Source of the DNA: a virus | Taxonomy: Duplodnaviria; Caudoviricetes | Length of the DNA stretch: 41,525 bases | Direction: 5' to 3' (one strand) | IMG/VR virus record: IMGVR_UViG_3300044267_000733 | Location: 1 to 41,525 of that record | Part shown: positions 28,485 to 35,479 of the stretch, piece by piece | Layout: every line of letters starts with the position of its first letter | How positions within the stretch are numbered: position 1 is the stretch's first letter | Position numbers and translations under genes: made by a program | The notes under the pieces: generated by a model | Databases searched by the model: none | Told to the model about the DNA's origin: nothing | What the model saw: only the letters and a program-made list of their open reading frames with translations

Positions 28485-28733
28485 ATGGCTGAACGAACCA
28501 CAGAAGAAATTGCAACTTTATTTAAAAACGCTGGAGATAGCGTAACTGTAATAAACAAACTGGCTGCTTTGTCATCCCCTACTAATGAACAGAAAGATAG
28601 AATAAAAAGGAATGTAGAACATCTTGAAATTATTAAACAATATGTTAAAGAAGACGGAACAAGTATATGGACAAGCGAGTATGACTTCACAGAGCAAGAA
28701 AACGCAGTTATACTAGGGAAAACTAAGTATTAA
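28485..28733 (+). CDS. Conserved hypothetical protein
   Basis: GDSVT.IN and RNVEHLEII motifs recalled from cyanophage tail regions. Confidence 0.75.
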   Translation: MAERTTEEIATLFKNAGDSVTVINKLAALSSPTNEQKDRIKRNVEHLEIIKQYVKEDGTSIWTSEYDFTEQENAVILGKTKY

Positions 28734-28891
28734 TGAAACAACTTATAGAAAAACAGATTCTTGAATGGCAGCAAGAAATTATTAATCAAAAACAATATAT
28801 TTTAAAACTAGAAGGTGGAGTTCAAGCATACCAATTGCTTTTGCAAGAGATAAACAAAGAACAACCTATAAAAGAAAACGTAAAAAAGTAG
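28733..28891 (+). CDS. 52-aa coiled-coil protein (MKQLIEKQILEWQQE...ENVKK)
   Basis: TAATG coupling; ends GTA AAA AAG TAG; not in the ORF track. Confidence 0.8.
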   Translation: MKQLIEKQILEWQQEIINQKQYILKLEGGVQAYQLLLQEINKEQPIKENVKK

Positions 28892-29013
28892 AGGGGATAC
28901 TTGTAAGAGAGTGTCCTGTCTGTGGTATTACTTTCAATACAATGGAACAACGAAAGATATATTGTTCTGGGGCGTGTAAAACAAAGTCATGCAGAGCTAA
29001 AACTACTTTGTAG
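28882..29013 (+). CDS. Zinc-finger extension (CPVC...YCSGAC), probably reached by -1 frameshift
   Basis: No standard start codon upstream of the first Cys pair in this frame; A AAA AAG heptamer plus a downstream hairpin. Confidence 0.7.
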   Translation, partial: KKVEGILVRECPVCGITFNTMEQRKIYCSGACKTKSCRAKTTL

Positions 29014-29137
29014 GCTTACTTATTATTTGACGATTTAAGACCCCTAATGTGACATATAGTGGTGTCAAACCTATAATTAGAACTAATACGGCTATGCTCA
29101 TTACAGACATAGCTCTAAGTAACGCAAATTTTATCAT
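29003..29137 (-). CDS. 44-aa single-pass membrane protein (MIKFALL...GLTPLYVTLG..NRQ)
   Basis: Hydrophobic stretch; PLYV motif recalled from picocyanobacterial phage proteins. Confidence 0.6.
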   Translation of the reverse strand: MIKFALLRAMSVMSIAVLVLIIGLTPLYVTLGVLNRQIISKPTK

Positions 29138-29357
29138 GTTCCAGAAAATCGCTAATATTTTAAGCATTGTTTCTTTTCTTATGGTAGCTTCCATGAGTGC
29201 AGGGGCATTTATTACTTACAGATTTGTTACGTCAGAGCAATTTAAAAGTCAAGTTATGAATCAGATACTTACTGAAGTAAGTGGGTCTATGGGCAAAGTT
29301 TTAGATAAACAACTTCCAAAAACTACAGGCGTTTCTATTCCTTTTAATGGAAATTAA
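29136..29357 (+). CDS. 73-aa N-terminally anchored membrane protein (MFQKIANILSIVSF...)
   Basis: TM helix followed by an amphipathic helix, ending LP.TTG..IPF. Confidence 0.75.
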   Translation: MFQKIANILSIVSFLMVASMSAGAFITYRFVTSEQFKSQVMNQILTEVSGSMGKVLDKQLPKTTGVSIPFNGN

Positions 29358-29970
29358 AGAAGTAAAAATTAATGAAATAAATATTCCGAGAATAGAGGTT
29401 TATGAACCTCTGATACCCAAAATAAAAAAAGTACCTAAATTAATTGTTGACTATCCAGCTTGCGTAAAAGTACATAGAAATAATTTAGTAACAGAAATTG
29501 ATATTGATGAAAATGGAACAGTTATAAAATGTGGTGTAGTAATGCCAAGCTATGAACCTTTAAACTATACACCTAATGAGTTTACATATACACAGTCAGA
29601 GTTAAGTAATAGAGCAGAACCAGAACCAATAATACAACCAGATTTAACTAAATTAGTAAAAAAAGAAAAAGAAGAATTATATATTCCTTGCCCACCTTTA
29701 AACCCACCATTTAGAACAGGAGATTACAGAAATGATAAACGGACTGAACGGCTATTAAAATGGGAAAAAGTGGAGAATGATTGTGTCGCAATCTGGGAGA
29801 AAGTTCCATTCCGAGAAACTTTTATTGGTACTCCTCAAATGCTCATTTCTACTACTGTGTTGGGTGTGGTTGCTGGTGGGTCTGCGCTTTTGGCTCCTGT
29901 AATAAAAAAGCTACTTTCCACAATATTTAAACAATTAAAGAAAAAAATAACAAAAGAAGATGTAAAATAA
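29347..29970 (+). CDS. Pro/Cys-containing protein with a C-terminal TM anchor
   Basis: Four Cys, a Pro-rich linker, hydrophobic TVLGVVAGGSALLA then a basic tail. Confidence 0.8.
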   Translation: MEIKEVKINEINIPRIEVYEPLIPKIKKVPKLIVDYPACVKVHRNNLVTEIDIDENGTVIKCGVVMPSYEPLNYTPNEFTYTQSELSNRAEPEPIIQPDLTKLVKKEKEELYIPCPPLNPPFRTGDYRNDKRTERLLKWEKVENDCVAIWEKVPFRETFIGTPQMLISTTVLGVVAGGSALLAPVIKKLLSTIFKQLKKKITKEDVK

Positions 29971-29976
29971 ATAACT

Positions 29977-30012
29977 GTAGATAAGCCTTACCACAGCCCG
30001 TGGCTTGTCTAC
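29977..30012. terminator. 11-bp hairpin between convergent genes
   Basis: GTAGATAAGCC-14 nt-GGCTTGTCTAC. Confidence 0.55.
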
Positions 30013-30797
30013 TTTAATTCGTGAGTATGTGGGATAACTTGACCCATCTTTTCTGTAACTAGAACATCAGCACAAATAGAGTGATAAGGACTTGATGGAT
30101 GATATTGAATACCAGCAATTTTAAGTTCTCCGCAGTTCTTTAATCTTGCTAATTCATAATCTAGTTTTTTATTATTTAATATCTGATTTTGTATTTTTTC
30201 TTGAGTTGTAGCAGATCTTAAGCAAGCATCTTGATATGCAGAACCTAAAGGAATTGAAAAGGTAGCAGCTATCCCAAAATTAATTCCAAGATTATCTCTG
30301 TTGGCTGAATAGTTTTCTTGGTGGTAAAGAATTTCCCCTGCATTTGTCAAATGACCTGAATCATCAGTTGCCATGTTATAAACAGGGGTTGTATATCTTA
30401 AGTCTTGAGGTCGCTTTTGATTAAATGTAGTAGTTACAAAAGGGCTAATTGTAAGCATTGAGTTTTGGCAAACTATACCTCCACCAAATTGAGACTCAAT
30501 GAGATTACCCTGCAATACTTGTACAGCTTGATTGGAAACACTAGATGACGACTGGGCTACGGGCGCTGCGGTTGATGAGGTGTTTGCTAAAATTGGTTTA
30601 TTTATAAGACAAGTAAGACTTGCTATTACTGGGAGAACACTGTAGTAGTTTCTGTAACGCTTTCGCTGGTTATTTGTCTTGTTACGTCTGTAATTCGACT
30701 TACCGAAGGTTGCTTGTAAACTTCCGTAAATTGAAAGGCTGCACCATTTGTTGTAAGTGAAAAGTTTGCTTTGTTGTTTAGATCTACTTGTTTCCAT
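30009..30797 (-). CDS. Secreted/outer-membrane protein with a beta-hairpin and coiled coil (start uncertain)
   Basis: Signal-like segment ending PILA; strands LTISPFVT and GINFGIAATFSIPLG, then a long helix with Cys residues. Confidence 0.75.
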   Translation of the reverse strand: METSRSKQQSKLFTYNKWCSLSIYGSLQATFGKSNYRRNKTNNQRKRYRNYYSVLPVIASLTCLINKPILANTSSTAAPVAQSSSSVSNQAVQVLQGNLIESQFGGGIVCQNSMLTISPFVTTTFNQKRPQDLRYTTPVYNMATDDSGHLTNAGEILYHQENYSANRDNLGINFGIAATFSIPLGSAYQDACLRSATTQEKIQNQILNNKKLDYELARLKNCGELKIAGIQYHPSSPYHSICADVLVTEKMGQVIPHTHELK

Positions 30798-31045
30798 GTA
30801 TAAGTTTCACCGTTTAAAGTCGTTTGTAAGTCAGTGTATTGAGGACTGATAGCCCTATCAGCACTGACACCAGATCCCGTAACGCTGTAAGTTGATCCAG
30901 AAAATTCAACGGTTTTAATTTGCTCGTTAATATTAGTAGTTGTTCTTGTGGTGCTAAAACTTGAGCCTTGACTAAAATTTGGTACAACTGGTATTGCATA
31001 TAGTGGGTTAGATATTAATAAAACAAGTAAACCTAACCATTTCAT
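30626..31045 (-). CDS. Secreted beta-rich protein (PVVPNF.QGS family)
   Basis: Sec signal MKWLGLLVLLISNPLYA; T/S-rich. Confidence 0.85.
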   Translation of the reverse strand: MKWLGLLVLLISNPLYAIPVVPNFSQGSSFSTTRTTTNINEQIKTVEFSGSTYSVTGSGVSADRAISPQYTDLQTTLNGETYTWKQVDLNNKANFSLTTNGAAFQFTEVYKQPSVSRITDVTRQITSESVTETTTVFSQ

Positions 31046-31554
31046 TAATCTAGTATTGATAATTCAGTTACAAATTGGCCTATAGCAGTAGTACCAGCCC
31101 CACCAGCCGTTACTGTTGTTAAGCCAGAACTTGTTACAGTACCAGCCAAGTTTCCAGCAACTCCTCCGCTATAAGTTGTAGTTTTTGATAGCACTGGAAG
31201 GTCAGGTATTACACCTGCAGAAACATCCACTCCAGAACCAACAGCATAAGCCGCATCACCAGAAATCCATGATTCTTGAAAACTGAAGGCTGACCCTGCG
31301 GTGTTTACGTCATAAGTGCCAGCATCTAATGTCGCTGCTGCCGTAGCACTTGCTGGGGCAACTAATTTACCAAAGTGATCGTCAGCAGATGCAACTTTAA
31401 TATTGCTACCAGAAACACTGTATGTACTAGCACCTCGTTCAGCAACGGTATATGCACCATCTACTGTAAGTTGCGTTGAACTTGTCATCTTATGAATCAA
31501 ATCTGCGTGTGCAGAAGGCATAATAAATGCTGCAAGTAGTAAGAGCTTTTTCAT
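31045..31554 (-). CDS. Secreted A/G/S/T-rich beta protein
   Basis: Sec signal MKKLLLLAAFIMPSAHA; ends TAGGAGT.A.GQFV.EL. Confidence 0.85.
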   Translation of the reverse strand: MKKLLLLAAFIMPSAHADLIHKMTSSTQLTVDGAYTVAERGASTYSVSGSNIKVASADDHFGKLVAPASATAAATLDAGTYDVNTAGSAFSFQESWISGDAAYAVGSGVDVSAGVIPDLPVLSKTTTYSGGVAGNLAGTVTSSGLTTVTAGGAGTTAIGQFVTELSILD

Positions 31555-31811
31555 TTGATACCTAAATTGTTTTTACTATTATCTACTATTTTAGGAGCAT
31601 TATTGTTCTTTTTCTTACCAACCTGCAAACCGAAACTGGCTAAACTCCCTGAAAAAATCGAAGCGATGAAAGTTGGATCAAAGTCTACAATCTTCTTCCC
31701 ATCAGGAGGTTCGTAATAAGAAAGACTTAGCATTGCAGCAGACCAAACTAACACCGCAATCTTAACAATCGTTTCAACACGATTACCTTCTTTTTCTTCT
31801 TGTTCTTCCAT
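31551..31811 (-). CDS. Two-TM inner-membrane protein (DPTFIAS family); holin-like topology
   Basis: Acidic N-terminus, two hydrophobic segments, basic C-terminus. Confidence 0.8.
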   Translation of the reverse strand: MEEQEEKEGNRVETIVKIAVLVWSAAMLSLSYYEPPDGKKIVDFDPTFIASIFSGSLASFGLQVGKKKNNNAPKIVDNSKNNLGIK

Positions 31812-31875
31812 AATTAAGGCTTTTTGCTAAAACTAGCAAATTTGTTTAGAGTTGGAAAGAATATATTACAAAAAA

Positions 31876-32037
31876 ATGATTAGATTTATCAAGCCAATAC
31901 TAAAGTTTTTTGTCAAATCAAATGCTGTGAAATCTTTGGTAATTTCGCTGTTAGAGGACTACAGCGCATCCACAGAAACAAATATTGATGACGAAATAGT
32001 TAAGTTAGTTAAAGAAAAGTTGTGGCCTGTTACATAA
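31876..32037 (+). CDS. 53-aa amphipathic protein (N.IDD..V motif)
   Basis: ATG 31876; amphipathic helices. Confidence 0.75.
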   Translation: MIRFIKPILKFFVKSNAVKSLVISLLEDYSASTETNIDDEIVKLVKEKLWPVT

Positions 32038-32089
32038 CTTCAAGTTATGGTTGGCGTGAGGCATCTGGTGGTCAGTGCCTTCTCTGCAA

Positions 32090-32128
32090 AAAATGGGCTA
32101 ACTAATTCCCCAAAAGTTAGCCTATTTT
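32090..32128. terminator. Terminator-like hairpin, possibly bidirectional
   Basis: AAAATGGGCTAACT-11 nt-AGTTAGCCTATTTT. Confidence 0.65.
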
Positions 32129-32151
32129 CAATATAAGGAGGTCAGGTTGCT

Positions 32152-32427
32152 ATGGCTTGGGATGATTGGCTTACCATAACAGAAACGATTGAAGATCAAC
32201 TTTATCTTGAGATTCAGGCGCGGATGTTAGGCGAGATAACTGACTTTGAATATTTGCTCGATATAGCTGTAAATTATCAGCGGCAAAATTGGCAAAAAGA
32301 CGAGATCATCAAAAATTGCATTGCAAAGATTGGCGATCTCGAAACAGAAATAATTAAGATAAGTCTTAAAAAAGAAAAAGACGATAATAATTCAAGAATT
32401 AAAAAGGAATATCATCGCCCGATTTAG
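32152..32427 (+). CDS. Hypothetical coiled-coil protein
   Basis: AAGGAGGT SD; clean ORF. Confidence 0.8.
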   Translation: MAWDDWLTITETIEDQLYLEIQARMLGEITDFEYLLDIAVNYQRQNWQKDEIIKNCIAKIGDLETEIIKISLKKEKDDNNSRIKKEYHRPI

Positions 32428-32731
32428 GCTCAATGTAATTTAAATTTATATTGCCAAAGTCTCCATATTTACCTACTTTCCCCTTGGCATTTATATAAAT
32501 ACCCTCGACTTCTATTTCTTTATTTTGTGAATAATCCCAAACTTTCCCTTCTGTTGTTTTTGTATCGACCAATTTCATTAAGTGGTCACAGAAACCAGAT
32601 ACAGATTCGACAGGAATAAAAAGAGACATCCCTTTCGGATATTTTTCTACATCTTCAAATTCGTGACTTCTTTCGTTTGTTGAATATTTGATTGGATAAG
32701 GTGTGGCGGGTTTAAATTTAAATTCAGGCAT
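32399..32731 (-). CDS. Putative single-stranded DNA-binding protein
   Basis: Ends DDIPF (SSB C-terminal motif); lies two genes from ERF. Confidence 0.6.
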   Translation of the reverse strand: MPEFKFKPATPYPIKYSTNERSHEFEDVEKYPKGMSLFIPVESVSGFCDHLMKLVDTKTTEGKVWDYSQNKEIEVEGIYINAKGKVGKYGDFGNINLNYIEPKSGDDIPF

Positions 32732-32930
32732 GATTAAAAAAATTTGTTAAAAGTTGATCGAATAATTGTGTAAGCGAAATTTTATTTTTCGCGCAGTATT
32801 TACGGATTAGGGTGGCTTGCGAATCATCGGTTCTGAAATAAAATTTGTTGCGGTTGTAATAAGAATTGCGGCGAGATCGTAATTGAGCAATGATTTCATC
32901 GCCTGATTGTGTGGCCTGTTCTTCGGTCAT
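32724..32930 (-). CDS. Ribbon-helix-helix-like DNA-binding protein
   Basis: FYFRT strand, helix, then NKISLTQLFDQLL. Confidence 0.65.
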   Translation of the reverse strand: MTEEQATQSGDEIIAQLRSRRNSYYNRNKFYFRTDDSQATLIRKYCAKNKISLTQLFDQLLTNFFNHA

Positions 32931-33643
32931 TAATCATTTTTATACTTTTCAACAGCTTGGCGCAAAAATCTGCCGTGTTCAGATAATGTAATATTTTCAG
33001 GACGTACTTGTTTTACTTTTAATTTAAAATGTTGTTTGAAGGCTTCAAGTATTACGTCTTGATGGCCTGAATTTCGTATATCTTGACAAATTAAATCTCT
33101 TGCCATTTCGTTAATAGGTTTGGGAATTAGGTAATCTTTGTCGGGTTCTTGATTCGGTTTTGTCGGTGTTCTTACAACATCGTTATTTTCTGGTTGTTTT
33201 TTATCTATAATCTTTTCTTCTTCTTCCATATTGAAATCCATATCTGTTTCAATACCAAGAATTTTTTTAATGCTGTATCGACTTTCATAAGTAACAGAAC
33301 CGCCCCAAACATGGGTTTCATTTTTCTTTGGATTTTCTAAATCTCTAGGCGGTAAAAACAAAGGTAGTTTGCTTACTTCTTCATGGCCGTTTTGATGCAT
33401 CAATTTAGTAACAAGCAATGTTTGACCTGTCGGCGTATAATCAAATACTTGGCTTATTGAAATTTTATTTTTTAGTAAAACAGGCGTAACTAAAGACAAC
33501 ATTTGTTCAAGTGGTAAATAGCTGTAGCCAAATTTTCCGACCCCAACTTGTTTTGTTTTTCCCATTGTTGGGAACTCTTTTTGAGCCTGTTGGAAGTCTT
33601 TCATGTACTCTTGCTTCAGGTTTGGTTCAGGTTGGTTTGACAT
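32930..33643 (-). CDS. erf: ERF family ssDNA-annealing protein
   Basis: YSY.PL, T.L.H.NG and GGSVTYESRYSI..ILGI (variant of GS..TY.RRY). Confidence 0.85.
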   Translation of the reverse strand: MSNQPEPNLKQEYMKDFQQAQKEFPTMGKTKQVGVGKFGYSYLPLEQMLSLVTPVLLKNKISISQVFDYTPTGQTLLVTKLMHQNGHEEVSKLPLFLPPRDLENPKKNETHVWGGSVTYESRYSIKKILGIETDMDFNMEEEEKIIDKKQPENNDVVRTPTKPNQEPDKDYLIPKPINEMARDLICQDIRNSGHQDVILEAFKQHFKLKVKQVRPENITLSEHGRFLRQAVEKYKND

Positions 33644-33677
33644 CTTAGTATTAGTCTGATTTCTTTAGTCTACCAAT

Positions 33678-34136
33678 TTATTCAGGTTTGTCAAAAGTTT
33701 TTATATTTATATTTGCGCCGATATGTTCAAATCGTTTTGCATAGCGTTTTAACGCCTGCAAACAAACAACAAGAGAATCATCTGCAAGAACAGTTCCGCC
33801 AGATGTAACAGAAAGAGCATCAAGAGTACTGCGGGTTAGCTTGTCAACGTCTCCTGTTGTTTTGCTAGTGCAGAAAAAAGGCGCACTATTTTTTAAAATT
33901 TCTGCATTTTTACCTGTTCCAAAATGGCTCTTAGGGCGCGGCATTATAAATTCAATAGAAACTTGCACGGGTTCATTGAATGGGTTGCCTGCAAACGCTT
34001 CAAGCGCCGCGTGAATAATATCCTGACGCCACGGCTTAACCCTTTTGCTTGATTCCATCAATCCGCCGTATCTTGTCAAAGTTTTTGAACCCTGCGGCGC
34101 GGGTAGACCTACAACACGAAATTCAAGTTCTTGCAT
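33678..34136 (-). CDS. rusA: RusA family Holliday junction resolvase
   Basis: G.PAPQGSK, PRPKSH, DVDKL.RS.LDAL and DDS.V motifs. Confidence 0.9.
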   Translation of the reverse strand: MQELEFRVVGLPAPQGSKTLTRYGGLMESSKRVKPWRQDIIHAALEAFAGNPFNEPVQVSIEFIMPRPKSHFGTGKNAEILKNSAPFFCTSKTTGDVDKLTRSTLDALSVTSGGTVLADDSLVVCLQALKRYAKRFEHIGANINIKTFDKPE

Positions 34137-34485
34137 CTTCCCAACACCTATAATTGCAAAGCACTTTTGCAAGTGCAGTTAAAGCGGACAAATCATAACT
34201 TGCTAAGTAAATGTGTGTAGCCCCTTTTGTAAATGGTTCGCCATTTACTATAGGTTCATCATCTGGAAATTCTTGATAACCCCAAAATTTACCCATAGCC
34301 TTATGTATGGGAGTATTTACAAAGGCAGTTTTAATAGTTTCAACACCAATTTCACTTAATTCAAGTTGATAAGGAGTTGGAACGCCATCCAAGCCATCAA
34401 ATACCATCAAATACTTTTTCAATTCTTCATCAAACCAAATTTCATGTTTTGGAAATTCTGGTTTCGTTTTCATTGTTTTTTTCAT
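34123..34485 (-). CDS. Hypothetical protein
   Basis: Clean ORF within the operon; GGAGG SD. Confidence 0.75.
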   Translation of the reverse strand: MKKTMKTKPEFPKHEIWFDEELKKYLMVFDGLDGVPTPYQLELSEIGVETIKTAFVNTPIHKAMGKFWGYQEFPDDEPIVNGEPFTKGATHIYLASYDLSALTALAKVLCNYRCWEDART

Positions 34486-35109
34486 TTAAAATCCTCCTTG
34501 TTCAGAATCAAATCTTTTCCACGCCTGCGACCACGCATAAGCGCAATCAATCGTGTGTTGATCTTCGCCAACTACACATTTATTAGGTCTAGCCCAGATT
34601 GTTTTGCATACATCAGGGATTATTTTGTGATGTTCCGCAAGCGCTTCAAGATAACTTCCCATCTGCGCATCCGTTGAATAAGGCTTGGCGTACTTTTGCG
34701 ATTGTGTTTTTAAATCAATCAACATAAGTTTTTGCGATTTGTTGTCATAGCCCAGAAGATCAAGTTGACCGCCGACAGATTTTTCAAGATCACAAAGCAT
34801 ATATTCAACCGCCCACGGCTCGAAATCTTCCCACAGTTCCAAATCCATCAGAGGCTTAATCCAATCTTCATAATCGCCCATTTCGATTTTATCGTTGCCT
34901 AGCATACGTTGTTGCAAAGCATAATGCGCTGTTTCTCCGCGTGGTTGCCATTTATGGCGATAGCGTTCAATGTTTTCTAATTGTTCAGGTGTTTTTGTAT
35001 TACAAACTTGAGTTGTTGAAAATGCAAGCTGTTCCCCTGTCGGTTCCCAAATATATTTGTGGGTTTTTTCTATTCTTGCGATAGGTAGCGGTTCAAGTAA
35101 TTTTTTCAT
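34486..35109 (-). CDS. PD-(D/E)XK exonuclease-like protein
   Basis: RG...H, VE, GQLDLL, LIDLKT and Q...Y motifs; ATGA coupling supports start 35109. Confidence 0.85.
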   Translation of the reverse strand: MKKLLEPLPIARIEKTHKYIWEPTGEQLAFSTTQVCNTKTPEQLENIERYRHKWQPRGETAHYALQQRMLGNDKIEMGDYEDWIKPLMDLELWEDFEPWAVEYMLCDLEKSVGGQLDLLGYDNKSQKLMLIDLKTQSQKYAKPYSTDAQMGSYLEALAEHHKIIPDVCKTIWARPNKCVVGEDQHTIDCAYAWSQAWKRFDSEQGGF

Positions 35110-35459
35110 GCCACCGACATCCCGTAAGGCGTCACAAAATAAATTCTTGCTGTTCGGCCACTTCGCGTAGGGCGTCTTAAAGGTTTCCCTGTTGATGTAT
35201 CGAAACGATGCTGAAGAAACGCGGGTTGACATTTTGACAAGTCATTAAGGCGGGCTGATGCTGTTTGATGCTTCATCCCAAGTATTTCTTCTACTTGGTC
35301 ACAAGTCAGCCCATCTTCAAAGTTTCTCACACATCGTAAGACATCAAGACACATCCCGTTTATTTTGTCTTTGATAGATTCAGCGGCATCTTTTGATGTT
35401 TCTGTTTGGTTGCTTGGTGCAACTGGATAATTGAAAAGTGGTAAATCGTTTGTTTCCAT
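35106..35459 (-). CDS. Winged HTH DNA-binding protein
   Basis: GLTCDQVEEILGMKHQTASARLNDL...RPTRSGR.A.IY. Confidence 0.82.
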   Translation of the reverse strand: METNDLPLFNYPVAPSNQTETSKDAAESIKDKINGMCLDVLRCVRNFEDGLTCDQVEEILGMKHQTASARLNDLSKCQPAFLQHRFDTSTGKPLRRPTRSGRTARIYFVTPYGMSVA

Positions 35460-35479
35460 TGGTTTAAATTGTTGATAGT

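Noticed and set aside
30650-30670. CGA AAG (cdd-type) frameshift site explaining the overlap
   Set aside because: The hexamer is not in the upstream gene's reading frame (read as AGC GAA AGC), so that mechanism does not apply.
34486-35109. Cas4 as evidence of a CRISPR system
   Set aside because: No clear four-Cys Fe-S arrangement; the ERF/RusA context indicates a recombination nuclease.
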